Source: a virus. Taken from it: 64,000 bases of DNA. Location: positions 6,780 through 70,779 of IMG/VR virus record IMGVR_UViG_3300047160_007655; one strand, given 5' to 3'. This document shows, piece after piece, positions 56,733 through 64,000 of the stretch. Both the position numbers and the translations under genes were made by a program. The notes under the pieces were generated by a model. The model was not told where the DNA came from and did no database searches. It saw only the letters and a list, made by a program, of their open reading frames with translations. How positions within the stretch are numbered: the stretch's first letter is position 1; each line of letters opens with the position of its first letter.

Positions 56733-57005
56733 ATGCATGGCTTAGACCAGATTGTCCGAATGAACCGGGAAGCCGCCAATAAGCGGCCGATTGAGACCAA
56801 TTTCGAACGGCATTGTTCCTTTACCGGGGATGCGCAGACAGGCATCGTCCTGCATTCCGCCAAGCTCCGGAACACGGTGCACCTTGCTGGCAACCGGCTC
56901 CGGCCGGACACCAGCCCGGCGGCGAAGTTCCTCCGGCTCATGCGGAAAACTCCGCTGAACAATCAGGCGGCTCAAGACGCCCTAATCGAATCTTATTTTG
57001 TATGA
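56733..57005 (+). CDS. Hypothetical protein (leaderless)
   Basis: TTGACA at 56699, 17-nt spacer, weak -10, ATG at 56733. Confidence 0.6.
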   Translation: MHGLDQIVRMNREAANKRPIETNFERHCSFTGDAQTGIVLHSAKLRNTVHLAGNRLRPDTSPAAKFLRLMRKTPLNNQAAQDALIESYFV

Positions 57006-57222
57006 ATGACATCCTCGGTCCTCAAACCCTCTGGGTGATTGTTGCCGTGCTTGTGGTGGCCGTTATAGCCGCCAAGCTGCTTATGGACGCCCTTTTTGAC
57101 TGATTAATGAACCAACTTTTCTCATTTGTGACAAAACGCCTGCTGGCCCGGCAGAGCTTTCCCGAGGTGCCCCCGTGGGTCAAACCCAGCCTCCGGCGCC
57201 CAAACATCTTTCGAAAACTCCC

Positions 57223-57885
57223 ATGAACTTGACGAGACTCTCATTTCAGCAGCTCTACAAACTGGCGAAACCCGAAACGCTAATGCGCGTCACGGCAGCC
57301 TACCACACCGCGCTCCGGCGGCGCTGGGATGCCGCCAAAATCGGCGAGCCGTTCATTGTCTCGCACGCCGCCGCATTTTATCCGGAGGTGGCCCGCGCTT
57401 TCGCGCCAGTCTTGAAAGTGCTTCGAGGCCGGGAGCTTCCAATCGCCCTTCGCCGTGCCGCCAACCGCACTTGCTGCCCGTTGACGCCCGGCGCGCTTTT
57501 CCCGCTGGTGCGATTGGACGCACGCCGCTATCCCAACAACAAACTCCGCCGGGCGCATGCTGACCTGATTTTGCTGCACTGCCAGAACCACCACGTGCCC
57601 GCCATAATTCACTCCTGCGATTTTGGCGAGGGCATCGACTGGGAAATTTACATCGAGGCCGGGCCTTTAACTGCGCAGCTGTTGCGCTACAAAAGCGGTC
57701 CCGCTCTCGCCTTGCTGGCAGCGCACTCCGCGCCGAATGCCAAGGTGATGAACGTCCTTTGGTGGATACCGCAGGACGCCAAAATACATGCTACGGTCAA
57801 TCCGACTGTATGGCCCGCTAACGTGCCCAACGCTCAGGAGATTGGCCGGGAATGGTTCGAGTATGAACAGGAGGCACGAGCGTGA
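57223..57885 (+). CDS. Hypothetical protein
   Basis: Long ORF with plausible ATG. Confidence 0.55.
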   Translation: MNLTRLSFQQLYKLAKPETLMRVTAAYHTALRRRWDAAKIGEPFIVSHAAAFYPEVARAFAPVLKVLRGRELPIALRRAANRTCCPLTPGALFPLVRLDARRYPNNKLRRAHADLILLHCQNHHVPAIIHSCDFGEGIDWEIYIEAGPLTAQLLRYKSGPALALLAAHSAPNAKVMNVLWWIPQDAKIHATVNPTVWPANVPNAQEIGREWFEYEQEARA

Positions 57886-58271
57886 ATAAAGAGGAAGCAA
57901 TACAAAGTGCGCTAAAATGGCTGCATGAGTCGCCTAGCGGTGGCTCTTATTGTTGGTGCGGGAATAGCCGAGGCCACCAGCTCGGCACTTGTCACGAATG
58001 TGGTCAGCCTTTTGACACCCCGGGGAACCAGTTATCTCGGGGAGATATGATGATTCGCTGGAGAAGGCAGCCAGTAAGAGACGTACGAGAAATTTTAAAG
58101 CCCTCAATGGAAAGAGACCGCCAGTTGGTAATGTTTGGACATTGGCGCTATCAAAGGAGCTGGCCAGACCGCCCGGATTGGAATGATTTTAAGTTTGAGG
58201 ATTTCCAAAGGGCTTTCGAGTTGTTCGAAAGCGAATTAGAAGGTGAAGACGTACAAACAGCAAGCAATTGA
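57882..58271 (+). CDS. Hypothetical Cys-containing protein
   Basis: CWCG..CHECG. Confidence 0.55.
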   Translation: MNKEEAIQSALKWLHESPSGGSYCWCGNSRGHQLGTCHECGQPFDTPGNQLSRGDMMIRWRRQPVRDVREILKPSMERDRQLVMFGHWRYQRSWPDRPDWNDFKFEDFQRAFELFESELEGEDVQTASN

Positions 58272-58541
58272 CCGGCTTTGACTGGCGCGAGCATGAACAA
58301 GCACACTTGCCAGATGACGGTGTCTGACGATGGCCGAAATGATACGGGTGTGCCAAGCTATTGGCCTTGTGACAAACCAGCAAAAGCTTGGATACCGGAC
58401 CAATACAACCGTGAAGGATGGAAGGGCAGGCAATACTTGTGTGGATTACATGCTGGCGTTTTTGACCGGCGGGCGGCAAAACGTGGGCAACCCCTTTCAA
58501 ACAGGATTGAAGACGTACAAACAGCAAGCACTTGACCGGCT
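58244..58541 (+). repeat. 34-bp direct repeat (58244-58277 and 58508-58541) flanking a small gene
   Basis: TGAAGACGTACAAACAGCAAGCA(A/C)TTGACCGGCT. Confidence 0.9.
58278..58535 (+). CDS. Small C-C-C-H zinc-finger-like protein
   Basis: C..C.KPA..YLCGLH; start may be ATG 58293. Confidence 0.55.
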   Translation: MTGASMNKHTCQMTVSDDGRNDTGVPSYWPCDKPAKAWIPDQYNREGWKGRQYLCGLHAGVFDRRAAKRGQPLSNRIEDVQTAST

Positions 58542-58610
58542 GACTTGGCGGACGATTTTTGTCGTAATGATTTTAGTTGCGCTGATGCTCTGACTTGGTA
58601 ACTATTATGC

Positions 58611-58802
58611 ATGCCAGTAAAGACTCGAAAACTTCCCGGCGGCAAGGTCCGCGTATCGACTCCCGGCGGCGTAAAGGCGAAAGCCACCACTCCCGCAAAG
58701 GCAGCTCGGCAAAAGCGATTGCTCAACGCAGTGGAGCACGGCTGGAAGCCAACCGGCGACAAGGCGCAAGACCTGAAAAGCCGGGTTATGCAGAAGTATT
58801 AA
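58611..58802 (+). CDS. Small very basic protein, possibly virion DNA-binding
   Basis: MPVKTRK..AKATTPAKAARQKRLLNAVEHGWKP; late-motif variant just upstream. Confidence 0.7.
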   Translation: MPVKTRKLPGGKVRVSTPGGVKAKATTPAKAARQKRLLNAVEHGWKPTGDKAQDLKSRVMQKY

Positions 58803-59149
58803 GCTGTTGGCTCTGCGGCGGCGCCTACGCCAACTGCAAAGTCATAGTGGCCCGCGACGTGCCCGGAGGTATTGAAACCTCTCCGCATCCAGTGCACGTC
58901 CATCTTGGTTGCTGGATGGATATGGATGATTAAGATTGTGGATGCGTAAAAAAGAAAGAATCAAAATTATGAGTAAAGAAAAATACGACGAAAACGAAAT
59001 GCTCCTCTGTGTTCAGGCTCCTCCCGAAAAGCGGGGCACCCACTTTACCAGTCACACTACCCCGTGGGACAAATTCGAACGGCGCCGCATCCGGCTGAGT
59101 CGGCGGCAATGCAAAGCGACCCGGGCCTTTTTCACCGTGCAGGAGGCGT

Positions 59150-59356
59150 ATGCCGCTCTCTAAGAGAAAACACAATCACGACACCTCGGCGCATCGGAGT
59201 TTAAACGAACTGGGAGCCCGGCTCGCTGCCGCACTTCCCGAGCTCCGCACCCAAAAAGACGTGGCTGCCGAGCTGGGCATTAGCGCTCAGGCAGTCGGAC
59301 AAATCGAACGCCGGGCGCTGGCGAAACTGGCGCAGGCAATTCTCTCTGACGTATGA
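59150..59356 (+). CDS. HTH protein resembling sigma70 region 4
   Basis: RTQKDVAAELGISAQAVGQIERRALAKL. Confidence 0.75.
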   Translation: MPLSKRKHNHDTSAHRSLNELGARLAAALPELRTQKDVAAELGISAQAVGQIERRALAKLAQAILSDV

Positions 59357-60324
59357 ACCTCCCTACCATTCCTAAAATTTACGCCCTTGGCACTCGCTTC
59401 AACGCGCAAATTTTCGACAACGTTGTCCAAGTTGAGGAGAAAATTGATGGCTCGCAATTCTCCTTCGGCAATGTGAAAGGCAATGTCGAATGCCGCAGCA
59501 AGGGCCAGCCGATTGACCCGGCCGACCCCGGCATGTTCAAGAGCGCTGTCGACTACGTTCGAACCTTGACTCTGTTCGAGGGTGTTGTGTATCAATGCGA
59601 ATTTCTTGCGAAGGCGAAGCATAACGTTCTGGCCTACTCTCGCACCCCTAAAAATAATCTGGTTCTGTTTGATGTGCGGACTCCGAGCGGAGCTTATTTA
59701 AACAATACAGACCGCGGTATTGCCGCCATTAATATCGGCATTGAGCCGGTAAAGACCTTATTCCAAGGCCGACTAACGCAGTTCACCGCCCCAGCGGCAA
59801 TTGCCGAATGGCACAATACCGAGTCTCAGCTAGGAGGGGTTAAGATTGAGGGGGTGGTGATTAAGAACTACATCGCGCAGCATCCAGAAAGCACGTTCTC
59901 GACGACCGCCAATCCGCTTAGTCATCCGCCGATGACCGCCAAGGTTGTCAGCGAGGCATACAAGGAACGTGTCGCGACCGTGCCTAAGAACCCGAAGGCT
60001 GGCCCGGGCGAGGTTGAACAGCGCTTGGTTAATGCCCTACGCACTGAGGCACGCTGGCTCAAGGCCATTCAGCACCTGCGCGAGGCCGGTAAACTCGTCG
60101 ACGACAATCGCGACATCGGCCCTCTTTGTAAAGAGATTCAAACGGACATACTAGCCGAGGAAACCGACTGGATTAAGCAGCAGCTGTTCGACGAATTCTC
60201 GAAGGATATTCTGCGCGGTGTAGTGAACGGCTTCGCGCAGTTTTATCAAAAGCTGCTGGCAAATGGTCCGAGTGTCTATCAGGAATTTTATCACAACACA
60301 AAACCCACTTTGCAGGGCGTATGA
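59353..60324 (+). CDS. ATP-dependent RNA ligase (Rnl2-like)
   Basis: Motif I EEKIDGSQ, III QCEF, IIIa LFDV, IV EGVVIK, V AKVV. Confidence 0.8.
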   Translation: MNLPTIPKIYALGTRFNAQIFDNVVQVEEKIDGSQFSFGNVKGNVECRSKGQPIDPADPGMFKSAVDYVRTLTLFEGVVYQCEFLAKAKHNVLAYSRTPKNNLVLFDVRTPSGAYLNNTDRGIAAINIGIEPVKTLFQGRLTQFTAPAAIAEWHNTESQLGGVKIEGVVIKNYIAQHPESTFSTTANPLSHPPMTAKVVSEAYKERVATVPKNPKAGPGEVEQRLVNALRTEARWLKAIQHLREAGKLVDDNRDIGPLCKEIQTDILAEETDWIKQQLFDEFSKDILRGVVNGFAQFYQKLLANGPSVYQEFYHNTKPTLQGV

Positions 60325-60662
60325 AATACCATAGATATCTTCGGCAAGGCGAAATCATTCAACCCGGCGACGAATTTGAATTCGGGGAGAAATGGGGACC
60401 CTGTAAGGAGGCAATTGGCTCCCCGGTAAGTACCGACTTGAAAGTCTTCCGACGAACGGTTGAAGTTGACGACCCCAGAGACGCGACTCAGGCGGCGTTG
60501 GTTAAATTGCAAGAGGCATACGACGAATTGATTTACGCCGTGGCACGGAAGTTCCCAAACGAGACCCGGCATCAAACAGCTCTCCGTTATATTCAGGAAG
60601 CCGAGCAGGGAAAAGATTGGGTTTCAGTTAGCAAGCCCAGTCATGGACTGGGGCATATATGA
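60321..60662 (+). CDS. Hypothetical protein
   Basis: 113 aa with 4-nt overlaps. Confidence 0.65.
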   Translation: MKYHRYLRQGEIIQPGDEFEFGEKWGPCKEAIGSPVSTDLKVFRRTVEVDDPRDATQAALVKLQEAYDELIYAVARKFPNETRHQTALRYIQEAEQGKDWVSVSKPSHGLGHI

Positions 60663-60931
60663 AAGCATTTCGCTATACCGAAGGATTCAAGTACGTGCCC
60701 ACAATCGAAATCACGCGGCGCGGGCTCGGCAAAAATTGCTTGGGCCTGTGCCGCCGGTCCGGAAAGATTATCATTCATCCGGACCAACCTCCCCGCGAAT
60801 TTTTTGACACGGCGGTGCACGAGTTGCTGCATCGGTATCAGCCGGACATGAGCGAAGCCCGGGTAAGCGCGCTGGCGACATTCATTGTGGGCGACCTATG
60901 GGCGCTGGGTTTTAGGCGCGTCATTTTATGA
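60659..60931 (+). CDS. Minimal zincin-like metallopeptidase
   Basis: GLC..IIIHP..TAVHELLH..E. Confidence 0.65.
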   Translation: MKAFRYTEGFKYVPTIEITRRGLGKNCLGLCRRSGKIIIHPDQPPREFFDTAVHELLHRYQPDMSEARVSALATFIVGDLWALGFRRVIL

Positions 60932-60979
60932 CACTTATTGCTTTCATACTTTTGGCCGGTGTGGTAGTTTTAGCATTGC

Positions 60980-62218
60980 ATGACGGAAACGACGACAACT
61001 TCGCCTGTTAGTTCAGAGGAGAGACCGCATCATCCTTACGGCGGCTCTCAACTGCAAGCGCTCGAAGCTTGCCCGTGTTTCCGGAGCAAATCCAGCGAGC
61101 ACGAGCGGACCATCGCCGGGACCATCGGCCACAAATCGGTGGAGACCGGCGAGGTGGACGCCCGGCTCTCGGACGAGGACGCCGAAGGCGTAGCCGAGTG
61201 TTTGGATTTGGTTGAACAGCGCCGTCAGCACTTTGCACAATTGGCGCCGCCGAATACTTACATGACGGAGTTTACAGAGCTCTACCTTCCAATCGACGAC
61301 CTGACTTTTGATGATACCCCCTACACTTCTGCTGGCTACGTGGACCGGATTCTGCTCTCGTGGAACGAAAAACACGCGGAAGGTTTCGACTGGAAATTTG
61401 GGTATTGGGCGGTTGAGCAGGCGGAAAATAATCTACAAGCCTTGGTCTATTCGCTGGGTATTTTTAAACGTTGGCCGACTGTTGAGACGGTTCGCTTCTG
61501 GTTTCGTCTCCCGAATATCGGACAGATTGACCATGTAGACCTGACCCGGGACCAAATCCCGGCCATCTACCTGCGGGTTCAGGTTGTTGTGGAGCGCGCC
61601 CGCAAAGCGAGGAAATCAGGGAACTATGAAATGGCTGAGCCGCGAGTGCCGCTCTGCTGTTTCTGCGCCAACCTCGGCGAGTGCACCAAGGTGCAGCCGT
61701 TTATTTGCAAAGTCGCTCAGAAATATCATCCCGTGGAATTCCCGGCCGAGATTAACCCTTCGCTGCTCACTGACCCGCACACGACCAGCCAAGCGCTGCG
61801 TCTGGCGGCGCTGGTGAAGAGCTGGGCCGAGGCATACAAGTCTCGGCTGCACGACCGCATCCTGCGAGGCGAGGCCGACATACCCCTAGGGTATCATGTC
61901 GAGGAACGCCGGGGGCATCGTGAGGTGACTGACCCGCAGCTGTTCCGTCAAATTGCTTTGCGTCATGGGATATCTGAAGAGAAGTATAACTCGCTTTGCG
62001 GCGTGCCGGGATTTGGCGACCTTGAGGCCGTGATTAACGAGCAGACCAAGAAAGGCAAGAAGGCAGCCATTACTGCATTTGGAAAAGATTTGGAAGACCT
62101 TCACGCGGTAACGCGGGGGGATTCCTTCAGCTACCTAAAAGTCTCAAACGACCGGGAAGCTGATAAAGCAAACAAACAACGAGAACCAAAAACAATAAAG
62201 GAAAAAATAATACCATGA
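60980..62218 (+). CDS. Cas4-like PD-(D/E)xK exonuclease (DUF2800-like)
   Basis: CP..GTIGH..E..GYVD..DWKFG..NLQ..Y..CCFC..C. Confidence 0.8.
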   Translation: MTETTTTSPVSSEERPHHPYGGSQLQALEACPCFRSKSSEHERTIAGTIGHKSVETGEVDARLSDEDAEGVAECLDLVEQRRQHFAQLAPPNTYMTEFTELYLPIDDLTFDDTPYTSAGYVDRILLSWNEKHAEGFDWKFGYWAVEQAENNLQALVYSLGIFKRWPTVETVRFWFRLPNIGQIDHVDLTRDQIPAIYLRVQVVVERARKARKSGNYEMAEPRVPLCCFCANLGECTKVQPFICKVAQKYHPVEFPAEINPSLLTDPHTTSQALRLAALVKSWAEAYKSRLHDRILRGEADIPLGYHVEERRGHREVTDPQLFRQIALRHGISEEKYNSLCGVPGFGDLEAVINEQTKKGKKAAITAFGKDLEDLHAVTRGDSFSYLKVSNDREADKANKQREPKTIKEKIIP

Positions 62219-63066
62219 GTGAGGTAAGTTTTGGAGCTGGCCAGACGGCCACGGAAGCGGCGCCCGAAGCGCCGAAAGGACAATCACAACTACCAGCCAC
62301 GCAGCCTACAATGGCTGTTGGTCAAAGAATGGTTACTTTGCAGGAAATCATTCTGCCTCGCATTAACATATCGCACCCAGTCGGCGACGTGGGTAAGAGC
62401 TTTCAGCACGGGGCGATTGTTTACGACAAGCGTGAAGTGATTTTTCGCCCCGCTATCATCGATGCGCAGACGCAACATCTCAAGCAGCCCGGGTCCGAGC
62501 CTCTTACAATAGTCGTAATCGGCAAGAAAGACACCGTGTTTGTCGAAAAGGTTTCCGGCGGCGCCCGGGGCCTGACCGTGAAGTCGGAAGCGGCCGTAGT
62601 CGCTGCCGGAGGCACGACCGACTGGCGCGAATGGGACCAGAAAGGCCGCACGCAAAAGTATTTCCAGCCCATGCTGGATTTGCTCGTGGCCATCAAGCGG
62701 CCCAGCAAGACCATCGAAGGCCAGCCATATCCGGCCGACTACTCCGGTGATTCTGTCTACGGATTCGAAATCGACGGCGAGTATTACGCCCTCGCGTTCT
62801 GGGCCTGCAAAGGCTCTGCCTACACCGATGCCTGCAAGAAAGGCATTTTACAGCAACAAGTCACCGGCTGCTTGCGCAACAAGCAGACCTACGAATTCAG
62901 CTTCACGCTGACAACCCGGCTCGCCAAGCGCGGGACCAACGATGTTTGGGTGCCCGTGGTGCTTCCGAAAACCAAGACCACTCCCGCCATGCAGTTGGAG
63001 GCTCGGAACATCCTCGACCCGAGCGCCGGTTATACCGCGCCCGCCGACGACACTGCCGCCGAGTAA
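62215..63066 (+). CDS. Putative ssDNA-binding/annealing protein
   Basis: Between nuclease and polymerase genes; ILPRINI; acidic tail; own terminator. Confidence 0.5.
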   Translation: MSEVSFGAGQTATEAAPEAPKGQSQLPATQPTMAVGQRMVTLQEIILPRINISHPVGDVGKSFQHGAIVYDKREVIFRPAIIDAQTQHLKQPGSEPLTIVVIGKKDTVFVEKVSGGARGLTVKSEAAVVAAGGTTDWREWDQKGRTQKYFQPMLDLLVAIKRPSKTIEGQPYPADYSGDSVYGFEIDGEYYALAFWACKGSAYTDACKKGILQQQVTGCLRNKQTYEFSFTLTTRLAKRGTNDVWVPVVLPKTKTTPAMQLEARNILDPSAGYTAPADDTAAE

Positions 63067-63082
63067 TTGACGGTTTGATTCA

Positions 63083-63116
63083 AGGGAGGCTGCACAATAA
63101 TGCAGCCTCCCTCTTT
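63083..63116 (+). terminator. Rho-independent terminator
   Basis: AGGGAGGCTGCA-CAATAA-TGCAGCCTCCCT-CTTT. Confidence 0.75.
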
Positions 63117-63182
63117 CCATTAGGAGAACTAAAAAGTGCGAATCGCACTTGCGTTTAAACGCCGCTGTGCTATCTTGTCTGC

Positions 63183-63551
63183 ATGATAACAAAGCCATCT
63201 GAAGAGGTGCTGGACTTGTCGAGCGGCCGGTATCTGAACGAATCAGCCATTCACGCGCACGCGCTCCAGTGCTCCAAGAGCTACCGGGCCGGGAAGTTTA
63301 CCCGGGTCGGCGGCGACTTTGTAGACGAAGTCAAGGCGGACGTGGAAGCGCTTATTCGCGAAATCCGGGGCAAATACAAGACCTTGCATCCGGCCCTTTC
63401 GTTGTCTGTGGCCAGCTCAAATAGTGCTTTCACAACGGGGGCACTTTCTGATAGGGTAATGGCGGAATTGAACAATGCAATCGGAAGACTTATCCAGAAC
63501 AAGGTCCAGCGACAGCCCAGTTGCGGAAAAACCCTTGGGCGCACTCGCTAA
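63183..63551 (+). CDS. Histone-fold-like protein candidate
   Basis: YLNESAI..AL..KFTRVGGDFVDEV..[insert]..IQNKV..PSCGKTL; own leaderless promoter (TG-C-TATCTT-6 nt-ATG). Confidence 0.55.
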   Translation: MITKPSEEVLDLSSGRYLNESAIHAHALQCSKSYRAGKFTRVGGDFVDEVKADVEALIREIRGKYKTLHPALSLSVASSNSAFTTGALSDRVMAELNNAIGRLIQNKVQRQPSCGKTLGRTR

Positions 63552-63718
63552 TTGCGTTCCAGTAGTCGGCCACTGTCAGAAGCACGCCCTTGTCCACGAG
63601 GGCGTGCTTTGCCCGATGTGCGATGCCGAAATGAAATGGGACGAGCATCGAGCGCGGCTGGAAAAGCAGATTCAAATGTTGGAAGACACAATTTCGGAAC
63701 TACAGGACGCTCTCGCCG

Positions 63719-64000
63719 ATGGCAATATCAATTGACTTTGAGACATTCTGGTCTAAGAAGCTCAAGTACTCTGTCCGCACGTTGATTAACGAGGAGTATT
63801 GCAATCACGAGCTTTTCGACGCCTATATGGTGTCCGTCTCGGATGGCAAAAACTGCTGGAGCGGCTCTCCCAAGGATTTGAACTGGGCGGCGCTAGACGG
63901 CCAAGAATGGCTTTCTCACAATGCCGCTTTTGACCGGAGCGTCTACCGGCGGCTCGTGCAGCTGGGCAAAGTGCCCCAGTGCAACATCCCGGCGTGGCAT
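63719..64000 (+). CDS. DNA polymerase (family A-type), N-terminal 3'-5' exonuclease domain, truncated by the window
   Basis: Read manually: MAISIDFETF (ExoI) ... LSHNAAFDR (ExoII). Confidence 0.8.
   Translation, partial: MAISIDFETFWSKKLKYSVRTLINEEYCNHELFDAYMVSVSDGKNCWSGSPKDLNWAALDGQEWLSHNAAFDRSVYRRLVQLGKVPQCNIPAWH

Noticed and set aside
60980-62218. Cas4 as part of a CRISPR system
   Set aside because: Stand-alone Cas4-like nucleases are normal in phage replication modules; context is SSB-like gene plus polymerase
1-64000. Host assignment (Ig-domain style and leaderless genes hint at a Verrucomicrobia-like diderm host)
   Set aside because: Impression only; no host sequence, attachment site or spacer match is available

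Overview
The window is most of a tailed-phage genome with a podovirus-like gene order; I see no host chromosomal genes. Positions ~70-41900 are a minus-strand virion/packaging arm: a putative small terminase, Ig/FN3 proteins, a serine recombinase, large terminase, portal, scaffold, a GDP-fucose/glycosyltransferase cassette, major capsid, lysis-like genes, two collagen fibres, tail proteins, ejection proteins and a 2679-aa multidomain 'polyvalent' protein. Positions 42240-64000 are a plus-strand early/replication arm: many small cassette genes, UvrD-like and SF2 helicases, nucleotide enzymes, an RNA ligase, a Cas4-like nuclease, a histone-fold candidate and the start of a family A DNA polymerase. 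The two arms diverge from a perfect 71-bp inverted repeat. The most notable observations are: (1) the giant protein's effector modules are each delimited by a QFxP peptide, suggesting a processed, injected polyprotein; (2) a non-coding cluster containing an aberrant 142-nt tRNA-like RNA; (3) a fucose plus sulfotransferase modification pathway among the head genes; (4) a 13-copy GGTAACTATCT promoter-like motif and leaderless sigma70 cassettes; (5) a dispersed GTTTAAAC palindrome. All functional calls come from motif recognition by eye; no database searches were run. Several starts were moved from the ORF track to more plausible downstream codons.
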